A DNA stretch of 64,000 nucleotides from Thermodesulfobacteriota bacterium (GTDB taxonomy: Bacteria > Desulfobacterota > Desulfobacteria > Desulfobacterales > C00003060). The DNA lies in the NCBI GenBank assembly GCA_034189385.1, contig JAXHVD010000012.1:1-64000 (forward strand). The letters are read 5' to 3'. Position numbers and translations under genes: made by a program. This document shows, piece after piece, positions 40,565 through 51,304 of the stretch; position 1 is the stretch's first letter, and each line of letters begins with the position of its first letter. Below the pieces are notes generated by a model. It did no database searches. It was not told the origin of the DNA and worked only from the letters and a program-made list of their open reading frames with translations.

Positions 40565-40962
40565 GACCATCACATCATGCCAAGCGCAGTAAGTCCCACC
40601 CTTGAGGTGGGCGTGGTTCCCTTGGTTCAAGCCTGCTCCCCATGCATAGCACGGGATTTCATCGCAGACAATCGATAACGATTCCATTATATTGAAAGCG
40701 GCCTGTTAATCAAGGAGAAATCAGAGAGGAAAGAGGCTTTGGAAGGTTCTCATCTCTTGGACAGGATTTGACTTGATTTTACACCCTTCATCGATTATGG
40801 TCCCCCGCAGTTTAGCCAGACAGCTCGGGACTTTTGGCAGCCCATCCTATAGAGATCCCAATGTCGTTGGAGCGGCTACAAGAGGCGTTTTGGGGAAGCT
40901 GCTAGCGCGAAGTTGGGCCCGACGGTCTACAAACATATACCTGTTGCCCAAAGGGGGTGCCC

Positions 40963-41382
40963 ATGGCTAGTGTCAACAAAGTGATCTTGATCGGAAACCT
41001 TGGCAGGGACCCAGAGGTTCGCTACACGCCTAGCGGAACTGCCGTTGCCAATTTCAGTGTTGCCACTACAGAAAACTGGACCAATAGGGAAGGCGAGAAG
41101 CAGTCTCGCACAGAATGGCACCGTGTGGTGGCATGGGGTCGGCTGGGAGAAACGTGCGGAGAATATCTTTCAAAGGGGAGCCCGGTCTATATTGAGGGCA
41201 GCATTCAGACAAACGAATGGGAAGATAAAGAAGGCAATAAACGACAGACCACAGAGATCAGGGCCTGGCGCATGCAAATGCTCGGATCACGGGGCTCAGC
41301 CAATGTCCCGCCCGAAGCGAACCTGGGTGGGGACGTGGAGCCAGCATCAAAAGAGCCCTCAGACGACGACATCCCGTTCTAA
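40963..41382 (+). CDS. ssb: Single-stranded DNA-binding protein
   Basis: [26 protein letters not shown]-terminal DDDIPF. Confidence 0.97.
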   Translation: MASVNKVILIGNLGRDPEVRYTPSGTAVANFSVATTENWTNREGEKQSRTEWHRVVAWGRLGETCGEYLSKGSPVYIEGSIQTNEWEDKEGNKRQTTEIRAWRMQMLGSRGSANVPPEANLGGDVEPASKEPSDDDIPF

Positions 41383-41464
41383 CCAGAAGGACTTCCCTTG
41401 ACTGTGAGGGGTATAGGAGACACTCGCGGGGACGCCGATGGTGTGGGCAGAAACGACAGTGGCT

Positions 41465-41662
41465 TTAAGTCTTGTTTTCCTCTTCTAGCCTTTCGGGCTC
41501 TTCAGACTTGGGATCTTCCTCCAACTCTCCAGAGGTGGCTTTCTTGAAGTTCTTGATCCCCTTTCCGATACCGCTTCCAATCTCAGGCAATTTTCCGGCC
41601 CCAAAAATGATCAAGATAATCACAAGAATGATGATCAACTCTGGCATACCGATTCCGAACAT
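41465..41662 (-). CDS. tatA: Twin-arginine translocase TatA/E
   Basis: [29 protein letters not shown]...GIKNFKKA. Confidence 0.95.
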   Translation of the reverse strand: MFGIGMPELIIILVIILIIFGAGKLPEIGSGIGKGIKNFKKATSGELEEDPKSEEPERLEEENKT

Positions 41663-41727
41663 AGAATCTCTCCCTTATTCTCAGTCCCCTTGATATAATG
41701 AATGTGAAAAGTGATATCCAGCTAACC

Positions 41728-41928
41728 AGTTTCCATCCATAAGTGGCCCTTTTCCGCGCTCTCGGAGCCTGCCCTGTACAATGCCAAGCCCATTTCTCGG
41801 GGGTCAATCAGCCGAAGGCTAAGAAATCTGGGGGATCGCTTGTGCCATCCGCCGCGGCGGACTGCCGCGCAATCCTTTGGTTTTCTTGACCTTGCGAAGC
41901 CCGCTGCCGCAGGACTGAATTGGAGACT
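41728..41928. repeat. Possible MITE-like element
   Basis: Imperfect inverted ends AGTTTCCATCCA and TGAATTGGAGACT, with internal palindrome TCCGCCGCGGCGGA; non-coding. Confidence 0.35.
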
Positions 41929-42408
41929 AACGCCACTGCCTATTGATTCATAAGCACTTAATGGATGGGGACTAACTACGTAACGTTTTAACAATACCAA
42001 GAGAATTGCGGCCTGTCAATGGCCGCCCGAGGCATCCATCATACCTCCACTAGCTCTGGCAAAACCCCCTTGGCCTGAGGCATCTCCCCCCCTGCTACGC
42101 CCTGACCGGCTGAATTTGTATGCACAAATCTCTTCCCGACAGCCCTCAACAGTGGGTTACGAAAAAAGAAAGGCGTCAAGTAAAACTATGTATCATTTTA
42201 CAGGTCCAGTCAAGGAGAATAGCCCCCGGCACAAGAGTCTTCTTGCCTCAAGGTGCTAGACTGTGCTAGTCAGTGCCGATCTATACATGACCCATAATGA
42301 TAGAGCCTGGCCCAGAGGACCTGTTTTTCGAAAACTGGATGAGGATGTTGTCTATTCTCACCTTCTAACGCCTTATCGTTGTACCATGTTTCGATAAAAG
42401 GACTTGGC

Positions 42409-43476
42409 ATGGACCGATTTGAAGCTAACAGATTACCCGTACTCATTGGGAGCCTCCCCATTGCCGACCATGGGGCGGCCATCCGTATGGTCTTCGAATA
42501 CACGCCGGAAATCCCTCTTTGGGTGCAACTCCCAGCCTACCCAGAAGAGGGCATGATGGTTCAGTTCCTCCCCGGAATGCCAGGCGTTGTCCGCAAAGAA
42601 GGGCGGGCTTTTGTAGATACCATGGCATCGGGTTATGAGGAAGAGTTGCTGACATTTTATGAAGATTATCTGCTGGTTACAGAAGGCAATGCCCCCTTGG
42701 ACAGCACCCGATTTATCCTCACAGAGGACACTGCCAAGGGCTTTTTTGCTTTTCTTGATGCCCTGAAGAATACTTCCCAGATCCCTGTGGCCCTGAAGGG
42801 GCAGATTACCGGACCTGTAACCTTGGCCACAGCGTTGACCGATCAGGACAAACGAGCCCTTTTTTATGATGAACGGCTCCTGGACGTAGTGGTCAAGACC
42901 CTTGCCCTGAAGGCCCGGTGGCAGGTTGAGAAACTGAGTCAATGGGGCCTGCCGGCCATAGTCTTTATAGACGAGCCAGGCTTGGCAGGATTTGGCACCT
43001 CTGCCTTCATCAGCATCTCCCGTGAAGATGTTGGCAGGGTCCTTTCAGACGTGATTGAGGCTATCCATCTTGCCGGCGGCCTTGCCGGGGTTCACGTGTG
43101 TGCAAATACGGACTGGTCGCTCATCTTGGATTCTTCGGCAGACATACTCAGTTTTGATGCCTATGGTTTTTTTGACCGGTTAGCCCTTTTCCAGGAAGGT
43201 CTTAGGCGTTTCTTTGATCAGGGTCGGATCCTCGCCTGGGGGATTGTCCCAACCTCAGACGGCCATGACATCGAAAAAGAGACAGGCCCCAGCCTGGTAG
43301 CAAAATGGCAAGCCCAGGTGGCGCACCTAGAAAGCCTTGGAATAGACCATGACAGGATCTTGGCCCAGTGCCTCATCACGCCCAGCTGTGGGACCGGGTC
43401 CCTTACCGTCGATCAGGCCATGAAGGTCCTGGAAATGACCCAGCAGGTCTCTCAACTCCTCCGCTCCCAGTCCTGA
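42409..43476 (+). CDS. Short cobalamin-independent methionine synthase-like protein (core-MetE/MesB-like)
   Basis: IGSLP, WVQLP, KGQITGPVT, FIDEP, Zn-ligand pattern GVHVC...SFDAY...ITPSCG. Confidence 0.75.
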   Translation: MDRFEANRLPVLIGSLPIADHGAAIRMVFEYTPEIPLWVQLPAYPEEGMMVQFLPGMPGVVRKEGRAFVDTMASGYEEELLTFYEDYLLVTEGNAPLDSTRFILTEDTAKGFFAFLDALKNTSQIPVALKGQITGPVTLATALTDQDKRALFYDERLLDVVVKTLALKARWQVEKLSQWGLPAIVFIDEPGLAGFGTSAFISISREDVGRVLSDVIEAIHLAGGLAGVHVCANTDWSLILDSSADILSFDAYGFFDRLALFQEGLRRFFDQGRILAWGIVPTSDGHDIEKETGPSLVAKWQAQVAHLESLGIDHDRILAQCLITPSCGTGSLTVDQAMKVLEMTQQVSQLLRSQS

Positions 43477-43637
43477 GGTCCCAAGTCTGATGCATCAATT
43501 TCTTCTGGAACTAAGCCTGGAATGCGGTTAAATGGACGGGGGGGTAAAACCTTGAGCAGTCTCCATGCCTTTATTGAGGCCATGGGACTCCGGACGTGTG
43601 CAGCAAGCTCGGAACAGGCCCTACGGCAAAGAAGCCA

Positions 43638-44066
43638 TTACAGGATAGCCAGTAGATCTATCTCAAAAAAGAGGTTCATGCCTGCCAGAGGATGGTTGGC
43701 ATCGAGCGTTACGTTCTGGTCTGAGATGTCTTTTACGGTAACTGGGGTCGTGTGACCGTCTGGCCGCACCATGTCGAATTGCTGTCCAATGGCGATTTCC
43801 ATGCCTGCAGGCACCTCTCTCCGGTCAATCTTGTGTACCTTCCGTTCCTGGTATGGCCCGAATCCCTCCTTTGCGGTGATGGTGGTAAATCTCGATTCAC
43901 CGGGACGCATGCCAAGGACAGCCCTTTCAAGCCCGGAGACAACTTGCGAGCCGCCTATCTCAAACTGGACGGGAGCAAGGTCCTCAGAACTATCCAGTAC
44001 AGTGCCGTCTGCAAGTCTCCTTGTGTAGTGAACTCTGACAGTGTCTCCTCTCTCTACCCTTTTCAT
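43638..44066 (-). CDS. slyD: FKBP-type peptidyl-prolyl isomerase (SlyD-like, no His-rich tail)
   Basis: GDTVRVHY, GTVLDSS, GLERAVLGM, LDANHPLAG; AGGAGAGG RBS. Confidence 0.9.
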   Translation of the reverse strand: MKRVERGDTVRVHYTRRLADGTVLDSSEDLAPVQFEIGGSQVVSGLERAVLGMRPGESRFTTITAKEGFGPYQERKVHKIDRREVPAGMEIAIGQQFDMVRPDGHTTPVTVKDISDQNVTLDANHPLAGMNLFFEIDLLAIL

Positions 44067-44719
44067 GTCCTCTCCTGAATTCCACGCAAGGCCTCTCCGC
44101 GAAGGTGTCATCTGTTGAGCCAATCGAGTTGCCTAGGCGTCCGTTTCGGGTGATACACAGGGGTCAAGACTGCGCAATTGACTTGATTTAAGGTGGGAAG
44201 ACAGGCTATTCCAAACTTAACTTCCAGCACCAATTGTCCGAACGCAGATTATTTTAGCTGAAACTATTATACCAACGAGGCGGCTTTGTCAAGCCGTCAA
44301 GGGCATATGGTACCTTTATGCAGCGGATTATCGCCGGAACAAGAGGGTATTTAGCTTCAAACCTTATTTATATTAACAGGTTGTTGGGTCGCGTATATCT
44401 GGATAGATGTTGGCAATAGGGGAAACAGCTTTTTGGGGCGTACAATCCCTCTTGGTGGCCTGTGGGTGGTGTAGATAGAAATGGCTAAGTGGGTGCTACC
44501 ATCACTATGGCGACAACGAGACCCCTTCTGTGGAGACCAGTTCTGCCACGAAATGCCCGACTATTACCTTGCTCTTGGCCTTTACCACTAGCCGGCGGGG
44601 GTCTGCCGTAACCCAACGGCAGAATAACGCTGCATTTACCACTTGTTGACATTTTGTCCCATACTTGACAACGTGTGGGAAGTCAAGATCGGAAGGCCGT
44701 CAGGCTGGGAAGGAGACCT

Positions 44720-44914
44720 ATGATGATTATTCCTCAGGACCAAGCGCGAGAGAAAATCTGCCCGCTCATGACTGCTATGAGAAGTAAGGATGAGAAAGAA
44801 AAGTATGGGCCGGTCTACTGTGTGGGACGGGATTGTATGCTTTGGTGCTGGGTTCGACAGAAAAGCGAATCCGATTTCGGTTACTGTGGCCTGGCCGGGA
44901 AATCAGAAGCATAG
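44720..44914 (+). CDS. Small Cys-rich hypothetical protein
   Basis: AAGGAG RBS; CPLM...CVGRDCMLWCW...GYCGLAG. Confidence 0.7.
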   Translation: MMIIPQDQAREKICPLMTAMRSKDEKEKYGPVYCVGRDCMLWCWVRQKSESDFGYCGLAGKSEA

Positions 44915-45114
44915 GCTCTCACCAACAGAAGCCAAGAGATTGCTAAACCATCTCCAAGCACGCCATTTGATCATCTCAAAAATCACTTTCCACCCACCTC
45001 TTCACCGAGGCCGAAGTCGCCATCCCACGAATTTGGACGTCCTTCTCCGACCCCACAGAAATCGGTAACATGCCGAAAAGACATCTACACGGGTGCACAA
45101 AACTGCCTGCACCC

Positions 45115-45142
45115 TTGACAAGCGGCAAAATGTGTTTATTAT
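45115..45142 (+). promoter_or_regulatory. Putative sigma70 promoter of the ABC/MoxR/bat operon
   Basis: TTGACA-N16-TATTAT. Confidence 0.4.
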
Positions 45143-45365
45143 GTCTTCCAATTACACATATGTCTGTAAAATAAGCGGCTTAACCATCATACTCCCATGC
45201 TTTTTGTCAAAACGCTTGACATGATGACCGGGGAACCGGGTACAACTGTCCTTGAACGTGTCATAGCGCCTATTCCCATAACAATTGAAGCAAAGCGGCC
45301 TCGGCCTGATCTACTGATTCTATTCCTAACCCCCTGAGATGAGGGGGAAAGACAAGGAGAAAGAC

Positions 45366-46313
45366 ATGATCCATGTTGAGAACTTGACCAAGAACTTCCA
45401 TGATCTGTGCGCGGTGGATCAAATCAACTTCGATGTCCGCAAGGGGGAAATCCTGGGGCTCCTAGGGCCTAATGGGGCCGGAAAGACAACTACCCTTCGC
45501 ATGCTCACCTGCTTTTTGAAACCTACTTCAGGCAGTGTCCGGGTCAAGGACTTTACCATTGACGAGCATGCCCTTGAGATCAAAAAGCTTCTCGGATATC
45601 TCCCTGAATCCGCGCCCCTCTATCATGACATGTTGGTCTACGACTATTTGAACTACGTGGCTAATATCCGGGGACTCAAGGGAGATGAGAAGCTCTCGCG
45701 AATCCGAAGGTTAGCCGATCTTTGCGGTGTCAACGAGGTCATGCACCAGCCCATTAATGAACTGTCCAAGGGGTACAAACAAAGGGTCGGCCTGGCCCAT
45801 GCCATGATGAACGACCCTGAGATACTGGTCTTAGACGAGCCAACCTCCGGCCTGGATCCCAACCAAATCGTTGAGATTCGGGACATTATCAGACAGATCG
45901 GCAAGGAAAAGACCGTTATCTTGTCGACCCATATCCTCAGTGAAGCCGAGGCCACCTGTGACCGTGTGGTCATCATCAATCGGGGAAAAATCGCGGCAGA
46001 CAGCAGCATGGAAACGCTCAAGCAGTCGGCCAGTGGAGAATACTTCATTAACCTTTGCCTTCAGAATACCCGGTTTGAGCCGGTGAAGGAGGCCTTCGGT
46101 GCCGTGGGCGGCATTGGAGACATCTCCTTGACCCATGTGGACCAGGGCGATGATGGCGACACCCTACAGGTGAGACTTACCTGCCAGTGCACTGAAGACC
46201 TTCGAGGAAAGATCTACCAAAAGGTCAAACAGACCGACTGGGTCCTTTTGGAGCTTCAGCGGGAAAGCAAGACCCTTGAAAACGTGTTCCGAGAACTTAC
46301 CAGGGAGAGCTGA
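45366..46313 (+). CDS. ABC transporter ATP-binding protein (GldA-like)
   Basis: GPNGAGKTT, LSKGYKQRVG, LDEPTSGLDP, STH. Confidence 0.93.
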   Translation: MIHVENLTKNFHDLCAVDQINFDVRKGEILGLLGPNGAGKTTTLRMLTCFLKPTSGSVRVKDFTIDEHALEIKKLLGYLPESAPLYHDMLVYDYLNYVANIRGLKGDEKLSRIRRLADLCGVNEVMHQPINELSKGYKQRVGLAHAMMNDPEILVLDEPTSGLDPNQIVEIRDIIRQIGKEKTVILSTHILSEAEATCDRVVIINRGKIAADSSMETLKQSASGEYFINLCLQNTRFEPVKEAFGAVGGIGDISLTHVDQGDDGDTLQVRLTCQCTEDLRGKIYQKVKQTDWVLLELQRESKTLENVFRELTRES

Positions 46314-46314
46314 T

Positions 46315-47019
46315 ATGCAACAGGTTTTACATGTCCTGAACAAGGAGTTTCGTGTCTATTTCGTCTCCCCCATTGCCTATATTGTCATCTCCATATTCCT
46401 TCTGGTGACGGGGTGGTTCTTCTTCACTACTTTCTTTCTCCACAATCAGGCCAATGTGCGTAACTTCTTTGCCATGCTGCCCATTATTTTCTCTTTTGTT
46501 GTGCCGGCCATTACCATGCGGCTCTTTTCAGAAGAGCTGAATGTGGGGTCCTACGAAACCCTTCTCACCATGCCGTTGACCTTCGTCGATGTGATCCTGG
46601 GCAAGTTTTTGGCTGCCGTGGCATTTGTGGGGGCTGCGCTGATCCCAACCCTTTCCTATCCCATTACGGTGGCCTGCCTCGGCCAACTCGATTGGGGTCC
46701 GGTCGTAGGCGGATACCTCGGGGCCGTTCTGCTGGCCGGGGCCTTTTCTGCCGTTGGGCTCTTTGCGTCATCTCTGACCCGCAACCAGATCATCGCCTTC
46801 ATTATCGGCGTTGCTATCTGCTTCAGTCTGACCCTAGTAGACAAGATGCTCTTCTTTCTTCCCCAATCACTGGTGGGGATCTTGGAGTATATAGGAGCAG
46901 ATTTTCACTTTCACAACATCTCAAAAGGCATCATTGATTCACGGGACGTCCTCTACTTCTTAAGCGTGAGCTTTGTCGGCCTCTATGGTGCGCATCTGGC
47001 CATGGAAGAGAAGAATTAA
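46315..47019 (+). CDS. ABC-2 permease (GldF-like)
   Basis: KEFRVYFVSPIAY, PAITMRLFSEE, SSLTRNQIIA, GIIDSRD. Confidence 0.9.
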   Translation: MQQVLHVLNKEFRVYFVSPIAYIVISIFLLVTGWFFFTTFFLHNQANVRNFFAMLPIIFSFVVPAITMRLFSEELNVGSYETLLTMPLTFVDVILGKFLAAVAFVGAALIPTLSYPITVACLGQLDWGPVVGGYLGAVLLAGAFSAVGLFASSLTRNQIIAFIIGVAICFSLTLVDKMLFFLPQSLVGILEYIGADFHFHNISKGIIDSRDVLYFLSVSFVGLYGAHLAMEEKN

Positions 47020-47030
47020 GGAGAACTAGA

Positions 47031-49244
47031 ATGGGCCTCAAAGACCGATCGGCAAAATATGTTAGATTCTTCGCCTACCTGGCGGTCATCGTCTTAGTCA
47101 ACGTGGCCGGCATCACCCTGTTTTTCAGGTGGGACCTGACGGGCAACAAGATCTACTCCATCTCCAAGGCCAGCCAAGAGGTCGTGTCCACCCTTTCTGA
47201 GCCTTTGACCATCAACGTTTTTTTCACCAAGAACCTTCCTGCACCCCACAATAATACAGAGCGGTATCTCCATGACCTGCTTCAAGAATACGCCATCTAC
47301 GGCAACCAGTACTTCAACTACCGTTTTTATGATGTGAGCCCAGACGAGGGAGACATCGACGAAAAAGCAAAGGTCAACCAGGAGCTGGCAAGAAACTATG
47401 GGATTCACCCTGTCCAGATGCAGGTCATCGAAGAAGACGAAGTCAAATTTCAAAAGGCGTACATGGGCCTTGTGTTGATCCATGGGGATCTCATTGAACG
47501 AATTCCCGCCATCACGTCCACCGATGGCCTCGAGTACCAGGTCACAACGGCGATTCAGAAACTCAACAACAAGATTAGTGCACTGCTGCGGCTACGGGAG
47601 AAAATACAGGTGAAGCTGTATCTCTCCTCCTCCCTTAAGATCGTGGCCCCATACATGCGGCTGAACCAGCTTTCCGATTTTCCGAAACAGCTTGAAGGCA
47701 TTGTGGAAAAGCTAAATAACAAAAACTATGGGAAGCTGGAATTTCAGTACATCGATCCTGCGCAGGATGAAGACCTAGAACCTGTTCTAAAAGAACACAA
47801 CATCATGAAGATCAAGTGGCCTGCCCTGTCTAACGGGAAGATCCAACCGGGTGAAGGCGCCATTGGCCTAGTCATGGAGTACGGGGAAAAGGCAGTGGAG
47901 ATTCCCCTCATTCACGTGATCAGGATTCCTCTCCTTGGCAAGCACTATGAACTGGTGGATTTGAACAGCATGGAAGAGATTGTCAATGAAAGCGTGGAAT
48001 CGCTCATCGACATCAACGAAGATCTAGGCTATCTGGCAAGCCATGACACCCTGAAGCGCTTTGATGCCTCACCTGCGGACCCTATGGCCCAACAGGATGC
48101 CCTGTCCAACTTCCAGGCCCTTGCGTCGCGGGGCTACACCATCAAAGATGTGGATCTTAAAGACGGCCCTATCCCTGAAAGCGTCAATTGTCTCGTTGTT
48201 TCCCGGCCAACAGAGACATTTACCGACTATGAACTCTTCCAGCTGGATCAGTTCTTGATGCGCGGCAAAAACCTCGCCTTGTTTCTGGATACCTTCAAGG
48301 AAGTCATGCCTCCCATGGACAGGGGGATGTCCTTCCGCCAGGGCCCAACCTATGAGCCCTTGGACACAGGACTGGAGAAGCTATTAGAACACTATGGTGT
48401 CCGTATCAAAAAGTCCTACGTCCTGGATGAAAATTGCTACAAGCAGAGAATGCCCGAAAGATTTGGAGGGGGAGAACAGGCCATCTATTTTGCCCCTATC
48501 ATCAAGAACCAGGCCATCAACCACGATTTGGCCTTCGTCAACAATATTAAAGGCCTCATTGCCATGAAGATTTCTCCTTTGGAGCTGGACACGGAACGGA
48601 TTAAGGAAAACGGCCTGACTGCGCGGCGGGTCTTTTCCTCTTCCGATCAAGCTTGGGAGATGAAGGGCAGAATCAATCTGAACCCCATGTTTATCCGCCC
48701 GCCCCAATCGGATGATGAAAAGAAGAGTCTCCCCCTGGCCTACGTCCTGGAAGGGGAATTTCCCAGCTATTTTGCCGGAAAGCCGATTCCTGAGAAGGAA
48801 GCCAAAAAGGATGATTCTGAAGATGATTCTGAAAAGGGTAAAAAGGAAAAAGAGAAGAAGCCGGCAGACGAGAAGCCTGATGTGGACCTGTCCGAGATCA
48901 AGGACGAAGGGGCCTTTGTCTCCAAGGGCAAGGCGGGGAAAGTCTTTTTGATTGCCACGTCCGAGATCCTAAAAGACAATATGCTGGATGAAACAGGAAG
49001 AACTCCCAACGCCATGTTCGTCATGAACGTGTTGGACTTTTTGAACAACCGGGAAGAGATTGCCGACATGCGGAGCAAGGAGCAGCTTTTCAACCCCCTG
49101 GACGACACGGCACCGGGGACAAAGACCTTTGTCAAGTCCTTTAATATTATAGGATTGCCAGTTCTTGTGGTCCTCTTCGGGCTCATGGTCTGGTTCCGCC
49201 GGCATTCCAGGAAGAAGCGTATCCAGATGATGTTTCAGAAATAG
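47031..49244 (+). CDS. GldG-like ABC auxiliary component
   Basis: RWDLTGNKIYSISKAS, LEYQVTTAIQKL, LDQFLMRG, C-terminal TM helix. Confidence 0.88.
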   Translation: MGLKDRSAKYVRFFAYLAVIVLVNVAGITLFFRWDLTGNKIYSISKASQEVVSTLSEPLTINVFFTKNLPAPHNNTERYLHDLLQEYAIYGNQYFNYRFYDVSPDEGDIDEKAKVNQELARNYGIHPVQMQVIEEDEVKFQKAYMGLVLIHGDLIERIPAITSTDGLEYQVTTAIQKLNNKISALLRLREKIQVKLYLSSSLKIVAPYMRLNQLSDFPKQLEGIVEKLNNKNYGKLEFQYIDPAQDEDLEPVLKEHNIMKIKWPALSNGKIQPGEGAIGLVMEYGEKAVEIPLIHVIRIPLLGKHYELVDLNSMEEIVNESVESLIDINEDLGYLASHDTLKRFDASPADPMAQQDALSNFQALASRGYTIKDVDLKDGPIPESVNCLVVSRPTETFTDYELFQLDQFLMRGKNLALFLDTFKEVMPPMDRGMSFRQGPTYEPLDTGLEKLLEHYGVRIKKSYVLDENCYKQRMPERFGGGEQAIYFAPIIKNQAINHDLAFVNNIKGLIAMKISPLELDTERIKENGLTARRVFSSSDQAWEMKGRINLNPMFIRPPQSDDEKKSLPLAYVLEGEFPSYFAGKPIPEKEAKKDDSEDDSEKGKKEKEKKPADEKPDVDLSEIKDEGAFVSKGKAGKVFLIATSEILKDNMLDETGRTPNAMFVMNVLDFLNNREEIADMRSKEQLFNPLDDTAPGTKTFVKSFNIIGLPVLVVLFGLMVWFRRHSRKKRIQMMFQK

Positions 49245-49266
49245 AAGAGAATTGGGGAGAGCACTC

Positions 49267-50244
49267 ATGAAGGTGAAAAAAGAGTATATCATCCTTGGGG
49301 CCGTGATTGTGGCCCTGTCTGTGTATCTGGTTTTTCACGATCCTGACAGAACCCATTATGAGCTGCCCACGATCCCTGAGATGGCTGAAGTGGACATCTC
49401 CAAAATCGAGATCTCCAAGGCAGGCACCACCATCGTTTTGAACAAAAAAGACGATCAATGGTACATTGCCCCAGAGGGATATCTTGTTGATACCCATAGG
49501 GTAGAGGCCATGCTTGACGGCATGGAAACCCTTACAGTGACGGCCCTGGTGTCGGAATCAGAAAGCTTCGGCAGGTACGATCTGGACAGCGACAAGAAGA
49601 TTGCGGTGAAGGCCTGGCAGGGAGAAACACTGAAAAGGAGCTTTGACGTGGGAAAGACGGCCAGCTCCTTTCAACACACCTTTGTAAAGCTGTCTGGCGA
49701 TGACCGCGTCTATCACGGCAGGGGAAACTTCAGGGACCAATTCGACCAGACGGTTGATGGCTTAAGGGACAAGACTGTTATGGCTTTTGATCAAAAAGAC
49801 ATCCAGGAAATACAGATGACCAAGGGAAAAGAAACTTTTGCTTTCAAGCGTACCGAGATCCCAGTGGAAGTAACCGCCGGTGAGAAGGATGCCGAGGCTG
49901 CTCCATCCTCTGAAGGGGAGGCCAAAATGATCTGGCAGACCGCCGACGGCAAAGAGGGCGATGAAGCCAAGATCGACAGATTCCTCAACACCCTTTCCAA
50001 CCTTCGCTGTGAGAAATACATTGACGACAAGAAGAAAGAGGACTTCACTGACCCTATTTGCACGGCTCAGCTAAAGGGCATGGAAGAATATACCCTTTCC
50101 ATCTTCACCAAAAAGGATAAAGACGCCAATCAGTACCCAGCCATATCTTCTGAAAATGACTATCCTTTTCTGCTCCCGAAATGGCAGGCTGACAACCTGA
50201 TGAAAAAACCTGACGACATGCTCAAGAAGCCTGACGAATCATAA
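49267..50244 (+). CDS. DUF4340 domain protein
   Basis: N-terminal anchor and repeated ...W...D...V..L..L pattern; usual partner of GldG-like genes. Confidence 0.75.
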   Translation: MKVKKEYIILGAVIVALSVYLVFHDPDRTHYELPTIPEMAEVDISKIEISKAGTTIVLNKKDDQWYIAPEGYLVDTHRVEAMLDGMETLTVTALVSESESFGRYDLDSDKKIAVKAWQGETLKRSFDVGKTASSFQHTFVKLSGDDRVYHGRGNFRDQFDQTVDGLRDKTVMAFDQKDIQEIQMTKGKETFAFKRTEIPVEVTAGEKDAEAAPSSEGEAKMIWQTADGKEGDEAKIDRFLNTLSNLRCEKYIDDKKKEDFTDPICTAQLKGMEEYTLSIFTKKDKDANQYPAISSENDYPFLLPKWQADNLMKKPDDMLKKPDES

Positions 50245-50322
50245 TCCTGCCAAGAGACGGTCTTTGTCCAGACCATACCGAGCCCCAAAGATGCACGTCC
50301 AATAGTGAAGAGGAGAGCGCTG

Positions 50323-51303
50323 ATGGATATACAGGAAACCACCCAGAGGGTCGAAAAGCAGAGCGTCATCTTTCGTCACATCATGGCGGAGATAGAAAAG
50401 GTCGTGGTGGGACAGAAAAACCTTGTGGAAAGAATGTTGATCGGCCTCATGTGCGACGGCCATCTCCTTTTAGAGGGCCTTCCAGGGCTGGCCAAGACAA
50501 CGGCTGTCAAGACCTTGGCAGCGGCTATCAAAACCACCTTTCAAAGAATCCAGTTCACGCCCGATCTCCTGCCAGCAGACATCCTGGGCACCCAAATTTA
50601 CAGGCCGGACAGGGCGACCTTTGAAATCAAGAAAGGCCCCATCTTCCATAATATCATCCTGGCAGACGAGATCAACCGGGCACCGGCCAAGGTCCAGAGC
50701 GCCCTCTTGGAAGCCATGCAGGAGCGGCAGGTCACGATCGGGGAGACCACCTTTGTCCTTGAAAAACCCTTTCTGGTTCTGGCTACACAGAACCCCATAG
50801 AACAAGAAGGTACCTATCCCCTTCCCGAGGCCCAGATAGATCGGTTCATGATGAAGATCAAGGTCGATTATCCCACGGCTCAGGAAGAAAAAGAGATCAT
50901 GGCACGGGTAAACAGTGGGGCAGCCGAAAACGTCACCGGTGTGGTGGAGGTCTCCCAGATGGAATCGGCCAGGCAGACCTTGCAGTCCATCCACATGGAA
51001 GAGAAGATTGCAGACTACATTATCCGTATTACCAGGGCCACCCGAAATCCTCAGGAGGCTGGCCTGGAATTGGGCTTCATGATCAGCTATGGGGCCTCAC
51101 CCAGGGCCTCCATATGGCTCGCCCAGGCTTCCCGTGCCCATGCATTCCTGAGCGGACGGGGCTATGTCACACCCCAGGACGTGAAGTCCATGGCCCCGGA
51201 CGTACTTCGGCATCGGCTCATATTGAGCTATGAGGCAGAAGCAGAAGGAAAGACCAGCGATGACCTGATCGACATCCTTCTGGAACGTATTGAGGTCCCT
51301 TAG
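50323..51303 (+). CDS. moxR: MoxR family AAA ATPase
   Basis: LEGLPGLAKT, RIQFTPDLLPAD, DEINRAPAKVQSALLE, ATQNPIEQEGTYPLPEAQ. Confidence 0.95.
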   Translation: MDIQETTQRVEKQSVIFRHIMAEIEKVVVGQKNLVERMLIGLMCDGHLLLEGLPGLAKTTAVKTLAAAIKTTFQRIQFTPDLLPADILGTQIYRPDRATFEIKKGPIFHNIILADEINRAPAKVQSALLEAMQERQVTIGETTFVLEKPFLVLATQNPIEQEGTYPLPEAQIDRFMMKIKVDYPTAQEEKEIMARVNSGAAENVTGVVEVSQMESARQTLQSIHMEEKIADYIIRITRATRNPQEAGLELGFMISYGASPRASIWLAQASRAHAFLSGRGYVTPQDVKSMAPDVLRHRLILSYEAEAEGKTSDDLIDILLERIEVP

Positions 51304-51304
51304 T

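Noticed and set aside
40560..40690. 6S RNA (CCCACC...GGTTCAA motifs)
   Set aside because: Paired region is only about 100 nt and lacks the long rod with central bubble expected of 6S RNA.
42190..42290. SAM-I riboswitch upstream of the MetE-like gene
   Set aside because: Only AAGGTGCTA resembles the motif; the AUC/GAGGGA/GCAACC core elements are missing.
44070..44200. Riboswitch in the slyD leader (CCCGAAACGGACGC)
   Set aside because: Resemblance to c-di-GMP-I is fragmentary, with no convincing second stem.
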